A stretch of 64,000 bases of DNA from an uncultured Myxococcales bacterium (GTDB lineage Bacteria; Myxococcota_A; UBA9042). A program made the position numbers and the translations under genes. The DNA lies in the NCBI GenBank assembly GCA_903840165.1, contig CAIMEY010000017.1, forward strand, positions 1 through 64,000, written 5' to 3'. Shown piece after piece: positions 9,651 through 19,707 of the stretch (the stretch's first letter is position 1; every line of letters starts with the position of its first letter). The notes beneath the pieces were generated by a model. It was not told the origin of the DNA. It worked only from the letters and a program-made list of their open reading frames with translations, and searched no databases.

Positions 9651-10426
9651 TGACCATCGACCGCCCGCCGCCACCGCCACCGCCACCGCCGCCCGCCTGG
9701 GTGGTCGTGCCCTGCTACAACGAGGCCAAGCGTCTACAACCATCTGCATTTCTTGAGTTCCTTTGCACCCCGGTCCACGTCCATTTCGTCAATGACGGCT
9801 CAAGCGACGCCACGGCCGCGGTCCTAGCCACCCTGTGCGAGGGCAGCCAAGGCCAATTTTCCTTTGAGAATCTGGAGCATAACCTCGGCAAGGCAGAAGC
9901 CGTCCGCCACGGGCTGCTGCACGCGCTCAACCAAGGGGCGGTCAGCGTCGGCTTCTTGGACGCCGACCTGTCGACGCCACCAAGCGAAATGCTGCGTCTT
10001 TTAGCGCATTTACAAGCCAACCCGCAGTTACAGGTGCTGCTGGGCGCGCGGATTCGCTTGCTCGGCCATCAGGTGCAACGCTCACCGCTGCGGCACTACT
10101 TGGGCCGCGTATTCGCCACAGCCGCGTCGCTGACCCTGGCCAAACCGATTTACGACACGCAGTGCGGCGCCAAGTGGTTTGCCGCCGGTCCGGGGCTGAG
10201 GGCGGCGCTGAGCGAGCCGTTTGAATCTCGTTGGATTTTTGACGTGGAACTGCTGGCTCGGCTCTTGCACGGCTGGCAAGGACAAGACGCCTTAGCGGGC
10301 GATGCCATTGCGGAATTGCCGCTTCAGCAGTGGCGCGACGTGGCCGGCTCCAAGCTCAGCGCCGCAGCGATGGCCAGAGCGGCTCTAGATTTGGCGAGAA
10401 TTGCCCAACGATTACGGCGTTCTTAA
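9651..10426 (+). CDS. Family 2 glycosyltransferase (dolichyl-phosphate mannose synthase-like)
   Basis: 'VVVPCYNEAKRL...VNDGSSDAT...GFLDADLSTPP' is a GT2 N-terminal DxD-type fold. The start is taken at MTIDR, because the upstream part of the long ORF is a repeat element. Begins with a P10 run encoded by a (ccgcca)n microsatellite. Confidence 0.8.
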
Positions 10427-10432
10427 GGCCTA

Positions 10433-10551
10433 GTACCTCAAACCTAACGTTCCTTGTTGGTTCGAGATGCTGTGTTTGCTTCTAGTTTCAAGGGGAAGTG
10501 CTGCCCTGTGCGTTCCGGTAACCCGGAAAAGACTTAGGGTTACGCGGACTA
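10433..10551 (+). repeat. Structured intergenic repeat (family 2), copy 2 (compact form)
   Basis: See copy 1. Bounded by ctagtac...ggactag. Contains 'tgtttgcttctagtttcaagggg' and the GTAACCC-loop-GGGTTAC hairpin. Confidence 0.6.
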
Positions 10552-10595
10552 GCCAAGCGCCCGCAGCCCGTCCGGCCCGGCCCGGCCCAGCCATC

Positions 10596-11072
10596 CTAGA
10601 CGGCCACGCGCGGGTCCTTAGGCCCACTGACGCGTTGCACTTCCACGCCGTGATCTTCCAAGTACGCGCAACCATTGGCACCGCCATAGCCGCCGTCGAC
10701 GACGATGACCCGGGCAATGCCGGCATGGTGCAGCAATTTCGCACACATCACGCAGGGTTCGCCGGTGATGATCAGCCAAGCCCCGGCCGTGGCGACGCCT
10801 GAAGCTGCGGCATTACAGATGACGTTCATCTCCGCATGATGACAGCCGATTTCCATGCGCTCGCCCGAAGGCACGCCCATGCTATCGCGCAGGCACACGT
10901 CGCCGCCGCACAGCTCGCCACCGCCGCGGGGACCGCCATTGTAGCCATCCATCAGGATGACGTTGCGCAGCGGATCGAGCAGCAATGCCCCGAACTTACG
11001 CCGCGGACAGTTGGAAGCCTGACTCAGAGCTAGGCATTGCTCGAGCCGGATCCGCAGGTGCTTTTCCTTCAT
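10596..11072 (-). CDS. dCMP/cytidine deaminase family zinc enzyme
   Basis: 'CHHAEMNVI' and 'PCVMCAKLL' zinc-binding motifs (H-A-E ... P-C-x2-C). Confidence 0.85.
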   Translation of the reverse strand: MKEKHLRIRLEQCLALSQASNCPRRKFGALLLDPLRNVILMDGYNGGPRGGGELCGGDVCLRDSMGVPSGERMEIGCHHAEMNVICNAAASGVATAGAWLIITGEPCVMCAKLLHHAGIARVIVVDGGYGGANGCAYLEDHGVEVQRVSGPKDPRVAV

Positions 11073-11078
11073 GGCGAC

Positions 11079-12578
11079 CTACTTTAGGCCGTACAACCGG
11101 CTGTACTTAGCGCCGGCATACGCGATAAAGTGTTGCAGATTCAGCGGTTCACCGGTCGCCTGCGTCACCAAGTCGTCCGTAGTCCAAACGCTGCCATGCT
11201 GGTGGATGCGATTGCGCAGCCAGCCGAGCAAGGGCTGAGGATCCCCTTGCGCCAAGCCCTGTTCCAGGCCCGGCACCTCCTGGCGCGCCTTGCCATAGAA
11301 CTGCGCCGCGTACAGGGCCCCTAGGGTATAACTCGGGAAATAACCAAAGCTTCCGCCCGACCAGTGCACATCCTGCAGCACGCCCAACGCCGCGTCCGGG
11401 GGCGTAATGCCCAGGTATTGCTGCATCTTGGCATTCCAAACTTCAGGAAGATCATGGACTTCAATAGCGCCGGAGAACAAGTCCCTTTCGATTTCATAAC
11501 GCAGTATCACGTGCAGGGGGTAGGTGAGCTCGTCAGCCTCTACACGAATAAAGTTATTAAAATCTACTAGGTTAAGGCCGAAAACAAACTGGTCCAAGGA
11601 CACGGCCTGCAAGAAGGGATACTGGGTCTGCAGGCGCGCCAAGTGGTGCTGCCAAAACGGTGCATTTTGGCCGACTTGCTTCTCCCAGAGCAGGGACTGA
11701 CTTTCGTGAATGCCCATCGACCGCGCCCGCGACACCGGCTGATCCGCCCAAGCCGCCGGACGGCCTTGCTCATAGAGGGCATGTCCGGTTTCATGGATCA
11801 TGCCCATCAGCGAGCCGACAAAGGCATTCTCTTGATAACGCGTGGTAATTCGCACATCGGTGGGCCCAGCGCCGCCGCAAAATGGATGAACGCTGGTATC
11901 GAGGCGACCGCGATTGAAGTCGTAACCCATCGACCGGACAATGCTTTCCCCAGCTAGCCTCTGCTGTTCCGCTGGCACCAAGGCCTGCAACCACGAGACG
12001 TCGCAAGGTAGGGGCGCTGCGCGAACGCGCTCCAAGAGTGGCAGAAGAAAACCTTTGAGTTCTGCAAAGATCGGGTCGATTCTCGCCATGGTCATGCCCG
12101 GCTCAAACTCATCGATCAGCACATCGTAGGCGGGCCGGTGCGGATCCACGGCGGCTGCCCGTCTCTTGGCCAGCTCGACCAAGTTCGCCAATTCCTTCTC
12201 AAAAGCCGAGAAATCCTTGGCGCGGCGGGCGTGCACCCACACTTCATGGGCCCGCACGGTCGATTCGCCCCACGCGCGCACCAAATCCGGCGGAATCTTT
12301 ACGGCGCGGGCCAGGTCACGATTCGCCTCGCGGACATTGGCGCGCTCGAAGGTCGAAAGTGATGTATCATCCACGAGTTCTGCGAGCCAATTCTGCAGTT
12401 GCGGGTCGGTCAGCCTCTGGTGCGCCAGCACGGCCAACGTCGCCATCTGCCGGCCTCTGGCCTCTGCGGCACCGGCAGGCATGACAATCTCTTGATCCCA
12501 CTGGAGAATCCCGAGCGCCTCTTCAATCGCAGTCAAGTCGGAAAGACGGCTCGCCGCCTGCTGATATGTCGACGTCAT
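11079..12578 (-). CDS. M32-family metallo-carboxypeptidase (carboxypeptidase Taq-like)
   Basis: 'IHETGHALYEQG' HExxH motif in the M32 context. The ~500-aa length fits. Confidence 0.8.
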   Translation of the reverse strand: MTSTYQQAASRLSDLTAIEEALGILQWDQEIVMPAGAAEARGRQMATLAVLAHQRLTDPQLQNWLAELVDDTSLSTFERANVREANRDLARAVKIPPDLVRAWGESTVRAHEVWVHARRAKDFSAFEKELANLVELAKRRAAAVDPHRPAYDVLIDEFEPGMTMARIDPIFAELKGFLLPLLERVRAAPLPCDVSWLQALVPAEQQRLAGESIVRSMGYDFNRGRLDTSVHPFCGGAGPTDVRITTRYQENAFVGSLMGMIHETGHALYEQGRPAAWADQPVSRARSMGIHESQSLLWEKQVGQNAPFWQHHLARLQTQYPFLQAVSLDQFVFGLNLVDFNNFIRVEADELTYPLHVILRYEIERDLFSGAIEVHDLPEVWNAKMQQYLGITPPDAALGVLQDVHWSGGSFGYFPSYTLGALYAAQFYGKARQEVPGLEQGLAQGDPQPLLGWLRNRIHQHGSVWTTDDLVTQATGEPLNLQHFIAYAGAKYSRLYGLK

Positions 12579-12674
12579 CACAACCCCTGGCAGCCGCTGG
12601 GGCTGCTCGTGCCGTTTCACACCCAAGGACCGCCCTAACACTGCTGTCTGGCAGCGAAATTGCGGCTAGTTGGC

Positions 12675-15212
12675 CTAGGCCAGCACCACGCTGACCATGC
12701 GGTCCTGCACGGCAATCACCTTGACAATCTGCTTTCCTTCTGACCACTTGAGGACCGCCGGCTCGGCCATCGCCAGCCTCTCCAGCTCTTCCTTGCTGGT
12801 CCCCCGCGCCACCGCCAGCTTCGCGCGCAGCTTGCCGCCCACCTGCACGGGCACCTGCAGCAAATCCGCCACGCACAGCGCCGGGTCAAAATCTGGCCAG
12901 TTCTGCCGACTGACCGACGCCTCTTGCCCCAAGCGTTCCACCCACAATTGCTCAGCCAAATGGGGCGCATAGGGCGCAAGGCACAGGGCAAAAGCCTCGG
13001 CCAGGCTGCGCGGCAACTCGGTGAGGTGCACGCACTCGTTGAGGGCCCCCATCATCGCTGCGATGGCGGTATTGAAACGCAAATGCTGCGTATCTTCCGT
13101 AACTTTCTGCACGAGCTTGTGCTGAACGCGCAGCACCTCGTCGCTCGCCGCCACCTCGACAATCGGTTTTTCAAACAGGTTGTACAGCCGCGTCAGAAAG
13201 CGCCGCGTGCCATGCAACCCTTGGGTCGCCCACGGTTTTACCTGCTCCAACGGCCCCATGAACATCTCGTAGAGGCGAAATGCGTCAGCGCCATAGGCCT
13301 GCAAAATGGTGTCGGGATTGACCACATTTCCGCGAGATTTCGACATCTTTTCATTGTCTTCACCGAGGATCATCCCCTGATTGATCAGGCGCTGAAACGG
13401 TTCATCGCAGGGCACCACGCCGCAATCGTACAGGACTTTGTGCCAGAACCGCGCGTAAAGCAGATGCAAAACCGCATGTTCAGCGCCACCGACATAGAGA
13501 TCCACCGGCAGCCAACGGGCAATGCGCTGCGGGTCCGCCAGGGCTTGGTCATTGTGCGGATCGAGATAACGCAAGTAATACCAGCAGGATCCGGCCCACT
13601 GCGGCATGGTATTGGTCTCGCGCGCGTACCACTGACCTTGGCGCTGGAAGAAACGCCAATCCAGACAACGGGCTAGCGGCGGCTCGGCATTGCCGGTGGG
13701 CTGAAAGTCCTGCGTGTCGGGCAAAACCAGTGGAAGTTCAGACTCTTGCACGGCCAAGGGCGTCAGGTAGTCGATGCGGGCCTGCCCTGCCCTGAGCGCG
13801 TCGTCCACAGCTTGGGGCGAACCCAGACCCTCTGCATCAAGCACCGGATAATAAATCGGAATCGGCTCGCCCCAGTAGCGCTGGCGGCTAAAGACCCAAT
13901 CGCGCAGCTTATAGTTCACCTGCAAAGTGCCGATGTTCCGAGCCTGCAGGTCATCGGTGATGCGCTGCTTGAAGGTACCCGTCGACAGGCCATCGTAAGG
14001 CCCTGAGTTCAGAGCAATTCCTTCCTCGACGTAGGCCGCCGTCAGCGTCTCGGCAAAGGGCTTACCGTCGGGCGAGACAACCACCTGAATCGGCAGGCCA
14101 AATCGCGTCGCAAAGGCAAAATCCCGCTCATCGTGGGCCGGCACAGCCATGATCGCGCCCGTACCGTAGCCGCCGAGCACGTAATCCGCCACCCAAATCG
14201 GCACCGGCTGCCCGTTGATCGGATTGATCGCGTATCCGCCTGTAAATACACCCGTTTTCTCTTTTCCGGCGTCCTGGCGGTCGCGGTCGCTCTTGCGCCG
14301 GGCCAGTTGCGCGTAACCCTGCACCGCGTCTTGCTGTTCAGGCGTCGTCAGCGCCGTCAGCAGCGGATGCTCAGGGGCCACCACGACGTAGGTCGCGCCA
14401 AACAAGGTGTCGGGCCGCGTCGTAAACACGCGCAGCCGGTGATCTGCCTGATTTTGAACGGAAAACTCGACCTCTGCGCCTTGGGACCGCCCAATCCAGT
14501 TGCGCTGCATCGCCTTGATGCCCTCGGGCCAGTCCAGGGTATCGACCGATTGCAGCAAACGCTCGGCATATGCAGTGATTTTCAGCATCCACTGCCGCAT
14601 CGGCCGCCGTTCTACCGGGTGGCTGCCCCGCTCAGACCGGCCATCGATCACCTCTTCATTGGCCAGGACCGTCCCCAGAGCCGGGCACCAATTCACTGGT
14701 ATTTCAGCCTGATAGGCCAGGCCGCGGTGGAATAGCTGCAGAAAAATCCACTGCGTCCAGCGATAGTACCCCGGGTCGGTGGTATCGACCTCGCGCTCCC
14801 AGTCATAGCAGAAGCCTAACGACCTGATTTGTTTGCGGAAAGTATCGACATTGGTCCGCGTCGTCAGCGCCGGGTGGGTGCCCGTCTGAATCGCGTACTG
14901 CTCGGCCGGCAAGCCAAAGGCGTCCCAGCCCATGGGGTGCAGGACGTCAAAGCCGCGCATCCGCAGGAAACGACTGTAGATATCGGTGGCCGTGTAGCCC
15001 TCCGGATGGCCGACGTGCAGCCCTGCCCCGCTCGGATACGGAAACATATCGAGGATATAGGCCTTGGGCCGAGATGGGTCTTCTAAGGTCTTGAAAGTCT
15101 TGTGTTCCAGCCAATAGCGTTGCCAGCGACTTTCCACCGCGGCAAAGTCATATTTGCGGCCAATATCGCGATCTTCGCTGCCAGATGAAGGGGTTACTTG
15201 CTTGTCGCTCAT
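12675..15212 (-). CDS. leuS: Leucyl-tRNA synthetase
   Basis: '[37 protein letters not shown]' (HIGH region), 'KMSKS', 845 aa. Confidence 0.95.
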   Translation of the reverse strand: MSDKQVTPSSGSEDRDIGRKYDFAAVESRWQRYWLEHKTFKTLEDPSRPKAYILDMFPYPSGAGLHVGHPEGYTATDIYSRFLRMRGFDVLHPMGWDAFGLPAEQYAIQTGTHPALTTRTNVDTFRKQIRSLGFCYDWEREVDTTDPGYYRWTQWIFLQLFHRGLAYQAEIPVNWCPALGTVLANEEVIDGRSERGSHPVERRPMRQWMLKITAYAERLLQSVDTLDWPEGIKAMQRNWIGRSQGAEVEFSVQNQADHRLRVFTTRPDTLFGATYVVVAPEHPLLTALTTPEQQDAVQGYAQLARRKSDRDRQDAGKEKTGVFTGGYAINPINGQPVPIWVADYVLGGYGTGAIMAVPAHDERDFAFATRFGLPIQVVVSPDGKPFAETLTAAYVEEGIALNSGPYDGLSTGTFKQRITDDLQARNIGTLQVNYKLRDWVFSRQRYWGEPIPIYYPVLDAEGLGSPQAVDDALRAGQARIDYLTPLAVQESELPLVLPDTQDFQPTGNAEPPLARCLDWRFFQRQGQWYARETNTMPQWAGSCWYYLRYLDPHNDQALADPQRIARWLPVDLYVGGAEHAVLHLLYARFWHKVLYDCGVVPCDEPFQRLINQGMILGEDNEKMSKSRGNVVNPDTILQAYGADAFRLYEMFMGPLEQVKPWATQGLHGTRRFLTRLYNLFEKPIVEVAASDEVLRVQHKLVQKVTEDTQHLRFNTAIAAMMGALNECVHLTELPRSLAEAFALCLAPYAPHLAEQLWVERLGQEASVSRQNWPDFDPALCVADLLQVPVQVGGKLRAKLAVARGTSKEELERLAMAEPAVLKWSEGKQIVKVIAVQDRMVSVVLA

Positions 15213-15344
15213 ACAGACCTCAGGCCAATGGGAGGCGCAGTGTCGCGCTTTGTCCCCTGCCCTGGCAAGAGGCGCCCGCCGGACTTGACGCGGCGGCCGT
15301 CAACCGAGACGCTGCGGGGGCTGCCGCGGCAGCTGGAGGAGACG

Positions 15345-16565
15345 ATGAGCGACGCTACTGCCCTGCCTGGAGGTGTGCCCCGCCTCGGCGATCGAAGTCT
15401 TTTCCCGACCTTACAGCCACGAGTGTACTGGAACCACGCTTCGATTTCGCCAGCGTCCCAGCCAGTAATCGACCACGTGCTGGCCTGCGTGACGGACAGC
15501 GCGCGCCGTGGTGCCGGCAGTTTCCCGACATGGCTCGAGCACCGCCGTCATCTCCGCGGACAGATTGGGCAATTGCTCGGTGTCGCCCCGGCGGACTTGG
15601 CCTTTGTGCAATCGACGACCTCGGGTCTAGTGGCCCTGGCCCAGTCCTTGCCCTGGCAAAGCGGCGATAGGATTGTGGTTTTTGCCGGCGAATTCCCAGG
15701 CAATGTGACGCCCTGGCAGCAGGCCGCGGCGCGCTTTGGTCTGGGCCTAGTGATGTTGCCGGTGCCGAGCGCGGACATCAGCGAGGCTGCCTTTCTCCAG
15801 CGCCTAGAAGATGAGTGCAAACGCGGTGTTCGCCTCATCGCGGTCAGTGCCGTCCAGTTCCAGACGGGCCTGCGGATGCCAGTGGCGGCGATGGCGGCGA
15901 TTGCCCACCGCTTAGGCGCGGAGATCTGCGTCGATGCTGTACAAGCCCTTGGCGCCGTTGCACTTTACCCGCTTGAGCTCGACATCGACTACCTGGCGTG
16001 CGGCAGCCACAAGTGGCTCATGGGCCCAGAAGGCAGCGGCTTCGTCTACGTTTCACCCAAGCGAATCACGGCCTTGCGCACGAACATGGCTGGCTGGCTC
16101 AGCCACCAAGAAGGCATCGGCTTTCTCAGCCAAGGCCCCGGGCACCTGCGCTATGACCGACCCATCCGCCACCGCGCCGACATGCTCGAAGCTGGCAATC
16201 TTTCCTCTTTGAGTCTCGCCGGTTTGCAGGCGTCTGTCCACCTGATTCTCACGCTCGGGGTGCCGGCGATTGCTGCCCACATCCAACGCTGCTTGACAGC
16301 GCTGGAAGATCCGCTTGTGGAACGCGGCTTTACCTCAGTCCGGTCGCGGCGGGAGGAACAGCGCAGCGGTCTGCTGTGCGTCCGGCCTCCCCAGGGCGTC
16401 GATGTGGTGGCCCTGCACGCCGCCTTGGCTGCCCAAGGTGTTTCCTGTTCCATTCCAGACGGTTACCTGCGCTTCTCGCCCCACTGGCCGAGTCAGGTGG
16501 CCCAGGTCGACGCGATCTTGGACGCCATCGACACCGCCTTGCACGGGCTGTCGCGCCACGCATAG
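15345..16565 (+). CDS. Class V aminotransferase-fold PLP enzyme (cysteine desulfurase/selenocysteine lyase-like)
   Basis: 'CGSHKWLMGPEGSGFVYV' PLP-lysine motif region. Transcribed divergently from leuS. Confidence 0.75.
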   Translation: MSDATALPGGVPRLGDRSLFPTLQPRVYWNHASISPASQPVIDHVLACVTDSARRGAGSFPTWLEHRRHLRGQIGQLLGVAPADLAFVQSTTSGLVALAQSLPWQSGDRIVVFAGEFPGNVTPWQQAAARFGLGLVMLPVPSADISEAAFLQRLEDECKRGVRLIAVSAVQFQTGLRMPVAAMAAIAHRLGAEICVDAVQALGAVALYPLELDIDYLACGSHKWLMGPEGSGFVYVSPKRITALRTNMAGWLSHQEGIGFLSQGPGHLRYDRPIRHRADMLEAGNLSSLSLAGLQASVHLILTLGVPAIAAHIQRCLTALEDPLVERGFTSVRSRREEQRSGLLCVRPPQGVDVVALHAALAAQGVSCSIPDGYLRFSPHWPSQVAQVDAILDAIDTALHGLSRHA

Positions 16566-16652
16566 AAAAAAGCTAGGCAGGATGCTGTCTTAGCCCGGGC
16601 CAATGGCGACGCGGGCAAGCCTTGGTGGGAGCCCCATCGTCTTGCTGTTTTG

Positions 16653-16755
16653 GGGGCGTCGCCGAAGCGGCGACCGGGCTGGGATTTTCCGCCTCAGCGG
16701 CGGAAAACGGCGTCGGACGCCGCTGCTCCGCAGTCCACATCCCTCGCCCACCCGC
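16653..16755 (-). repeat. REP-like triple-hairpin element (family 1), copy B, inverted orientation
   Basis: Its reverse complement matches copy A almost base-for-base, including cgagggatgtggac...ggcgtccgacgccgttttccgccgc. Confidence 0.7.
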
Positions 16756-16779
16756 GTCCATGGCTCGGTCCGGCCCAAT

Positions 16780-17364
16780 TTAGGCGGCGTAGTTCTGGTT
16801 GGCGAAGTCCCAGTTCACCACATTCCAGAAGCCTTCCACGAACTTCGGCCGCAGGTTGCGGAAGTCGATGTAGTAGGCGTGCTCCCAAACGTCGATGGTC
16901 AGAATCGCCGTTTTGCCATGCTTCAAGGGCAGATCCGCGGGACCGGTGGACTGGCGAATCGCCAAAACGCCGTTGGCATCCTTCTCTAGCCAGGCCCAGC
17001 CCGAACCAAACACCGTCACGGCCGCCTTGCTGAACTGTTCCTTGAAGGCGTCAAAGCTTCCGAAATCACGGGTGATTGCGTCGGCAATGGGGCCTGTTGG
17101 CGCGCCGCCGCCGTTGGGCGAGAGGCTGTGCCAGTAAAACGTGTGATTCCAGGCCTGCGCCGCGTTGTTGAACACGCCGCCGCTGCTGTCAACAATTAAT
17201 GCTTCCAAGGACTTAGCTTCCTCCGGCTTGCCCGCAACCAAGTTGTTGAGGTTGGTGAAATAGGCGGCATGGTGCTTGCCGTAATGAAATTCCAGTTGCT
17301 CTTTGCTGAGATAAGGAGCAAGCGCGTCAAGGGCGTAAGGCAGGGGCGGCTGGGTAAAGGGCAT
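16780..17364 (-). CDS. Fe/Mn-family superoxide dismutase
   Basis: 'FHYGKHHAAYFTNLNNL' and 'DVWEHAYYIDFRNLRPKFVEGFWNVVNW'. The start is taken at MPFTQPPLPYALDALAPY. Confidence 0.9.
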   Translation of the reverse strand: MPFTQPPLPYALDALAPYLSKEQLEFHYGKHHAAYFTNLNNLVAGKPEEAKSLEALIVDSSGGVFNNAAQAWNHTFYWHSLSPNGGGAPTGPIADAITRDFGSFDAFKEQFSKAAVTVFGSGWAWLEKDANGVLAIRQSTGPADLPLKHGKTAILTIDVWEHAYYIDFRNLRPKFVEGFWNVVNWDFANQNYAA

Positions 17365-17512
17365 GTCGATCCTCCAAGGTTGAGGCCCGCTGTTCATCTC
17401 GGGCGCCCACAAAGTAGGCCGCGACCGCCCAGTGCGCAAGCGACGCCCAGGTAATTCGCTGATCTTCTGTCTGTTTTGCCCTCGTCCGCCGACACGCCGC
17501 TCGGATTGCCGC

Positions 17513-18283
17513 CTACTTGCAACCGGAACTGGGGTCAAAGCATTTGCCCAGTGGACACTGGCATTTCTTCACAGATTTCAGGTACTGCGGTGCACAACTG
17601 CAGCCGCCAACAGCACAATCACCGGGGAAATCGCTGGCGGCACTGCAGCACTGACCGTCAACCACAGAACCGCCCGTAGCCAAGCAAAATGCTTCAGGTC
17701 CTTCAGGCTTAGCCGCATCGGTTGCAGCATCGTTGGCAGGACCGGTGTCTGCAGGACCGGTGTCTGCGGGTCCAGCGTCGAAGGGTCCGGCGTCGAAGGG
17801 TCCAGCGTCGAAGGCAGCGTCCATGGGACTGCCGTCCGTGGCGACGTCCTGGGCCGTGGAATCTGCTGATGGTCCGCCATCTTGAGCGACTTCGCCGCCT
17901 TGCTCTGTATCGCTGCTGACCACCTCGCCGGTGTCCATGGGTCCTGGCATCGAGCAAGGGCCCTTGGGGTCAACACACAGAGAACCCGTGTAAAATCCAA
18001 AGGGTGCGTCACAACCCCAACTGCCGTTCTTGCACAGGACCGTGCCCTGCCAGTCGCCGTCACAGCAACACATGAGTTGCTGGGTAATCGGACAATCCGC
18101 TTCATTGACATCGGCTTGCGCTACGTCGCCATCCGAGGTCCCTTGCGCATCGAATGTTTCACCAAGGCTGGCATCGACCGCCGCATCCTGGGCCACCGCG
18201 ACACCGCCGCCGCTCTTGCTGGTGCAGGATACCGTCAGCGCAGCCAACAGGACCCAACCAAGGAATAATAGATGGTTACGCAT
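17513..18283 (-). CDS. Secreted acidic Asp/Gly-rich, Cys-rich protein
   Basis: Signal peptide (MRNHLLFLGWVLLAALTVSC). GPFDAGP/GPADTGP repeats. A Cys-rich C-terminus. Confidence 0.55.
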   Translation of the reverse strand: MRNHLLFLGWVLLAALTVSCTSKSGGGVAVAQDAAVDASLGETFDAQGTSDGDVAQADVNEADCPITQQLMCCCDGDWQGTVLCKNGSWGCDAPFGFYTGSLCVDPKGPCSMPGPMDTGEVVSSDTEQGGEVAQDGGPSADSTAQDVATDGSPMDAAFDAGPFDAGPFDAGPADTGPADTGPANDAATDAAKPEGPEAFCLATGGSVVDGQCCSAASDFPGDCAVGGCSCAPQYLKSVKKCQCPLGKCFDPSSGCK

Positions 18284-18530
18284 CAGACACCTCCGCGTTC
18301 TTGGTGCCAGCATGCCCCAATGGTCGTGGGCGCGCAACCTAGCGAAGCGGGAAAATGCTACAACAATTAGCCTAACTGGACCGGACGCAAGGCAAATCTT
18401 ACCTACGCCAGTCCATGGCAAGGTATTGGACTTCGCGGCGGTTCGCTGAACGGAAACGCTGCATTGAAGGTGGGGCGCTGGGCCACAATCGCAAGGACCT
18501 GCGGGCAATTGCGGCAGCATAGCGATTGGC

Positions 18531-19697
18531 CTACTTCGGGCCGCACGTGTCCGGCGTACAGACGCCACCGATGCAGTTGCTGCCCGCCGCGCACTGGACG
18601 TGATAAAGGCAGGATTGGCCCGCCGCTAAAGGCAACATGCAAGTCAAGGTACCGGGATTACAAGTTAATCCAGGCCCACAGCACAGCGAAACCTGACCCC
18701 ACTCGACGATGGCACAGGTCCAGTCGGTGCCCTGCGTTTGCTGACACGGCGAGCCCTCGGCGACCGGTGGTTTGCACATCAAAGTCGCAGGATCGCACAT
18801 GGCTGGCGCCAAGCAACCGCCGTTGCCCGGGGCGTCACAAGATTGGCCCACTGTAGGCAATACCCGACAGCTGGGTGGGCTGAGGTCCGACGCGCATTCG
18901 GCATCGCCGTCCATGCACACGCTGGTGCAGGCGGCTCCGAGGGCGACGCCTGCCATGCAAACGCTGGTATCTCCGGAACAATAGCCTGTCTTGCCGCATT
19001 CGGTGCCATGGCTGCATGGCTCACCCGGGGCCAAGGCGACCTGGCAGGTTCCGCCGACGCAGTAGAGGTCCTTGCCGCACTCGAGATCGTCGGCACAGGC
19101 GGTGCCGGCGGCCAGATTGTTCGCCACGGCGCGGCAGACCCCTTGGGCGCAAACCCGCACTGGAAAGCCACATTCGTCGAATTGGCTGCATGCGGCCCCC
19201 AAGGCCTTGGCCGGTTTGCACTGCCCGCAACCCGCTCCCCCGCCTACGCAATAGCCATTGGTACACTGAACCGTTGATGCGCAAGGTGCGCCAACGGGCG
19301 TAGCTGGTCGAAACGCTCGCCAGCAGGACCTTCCACAACCGTTGGTCTCGGTTGGCAAACAGTCGTCAGCATAGTCGGCGGCAAGTTCGACGGCTCCCGA
19401 CCCGACCAGCCACTGCGCCATGTGGTCGTCCAGCCAGCCCAAGGAGGCGAAGACACCGTTGGTTCTGACGAGCATCGCGACGCAATTCTGAGGATTGGCG
19501 AATTTCGGCGCACACGTTGGCGATGCGCAGAGGGCCTTGGCCACCTTGTCCCTCAACGTACTCAAGGCAACTAGGCGCGCCGGCAACACTTTGACATCGA
19601 CCTGCGCCGAAGGCGGCCCGGGATCGACGGTGACTTGGCAAGCGCCTACCAAGCCAACCGCGCAGATAAACAAGGCAATCTTCAGCCGCCGCGCCAT
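18531..19697 (-). CDS. Cysteine-rich secreted lipoprotein (multiple CxxGxC / C-x-C modules)
   Basis: Start at MARRLKIALFICAVGLVGAC (signal plus lipobox-like). About 50 Cys residues in repeated spacing. Confidence 0.55.
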   Translation of the reverse strand: MARRLKIALFICAVGLVGACQVTVDPGPPSAQVDVKVLPARLVALSTLRDKVAKALCASPTCAPKFANPQNCVAMLVRTNGVFASLGWLDDHMAQWLVGSGAVELAADYADDCLPTETNGCGRSCWRAFRPATPVGAPCASTVQCTNGYCVGGGAGCGQCKPAKALGAACSQFDECGFPVRVCAQGVCRAVANNLAAGTACADDLECGKDLYCVGGTCQVALAPGEPCSHGTECGKTGYCSGDTSVCMAGVALGAACTSVCMDGDAECASDLSPPSCRVLPTVGQSCDAPGNGGCLAPAMCDPATLMCKPPVAEGSPCQQTQGTDWTCAIVEWGQVSLCCGPGLTCNPGTLTCMLPLAAGQSCLYHVQCAAGSNCIGGVCTPDTCGPK

Positions 19698-19707
19698 GCA
19701 TCCTCCA

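Noticed and set aside
8038-10551. Family-2 repeat as a tRNA or tmRNA gene (it contains ggttcga)
   Set aside because: I could not fold either copy into a cloverleaf. There is no 7-bp acceptor stem, no T-arm complement around TTCGA, and the two copies differ exactly where the T-stem would be.
12924-14735. Plus-strand ORFs of 250 and 200 aa inside leuS
   Set aside because: They are antisense to a confidently identified leuS. Long chance antisense ORFs like these are typical of high-GC DNA.
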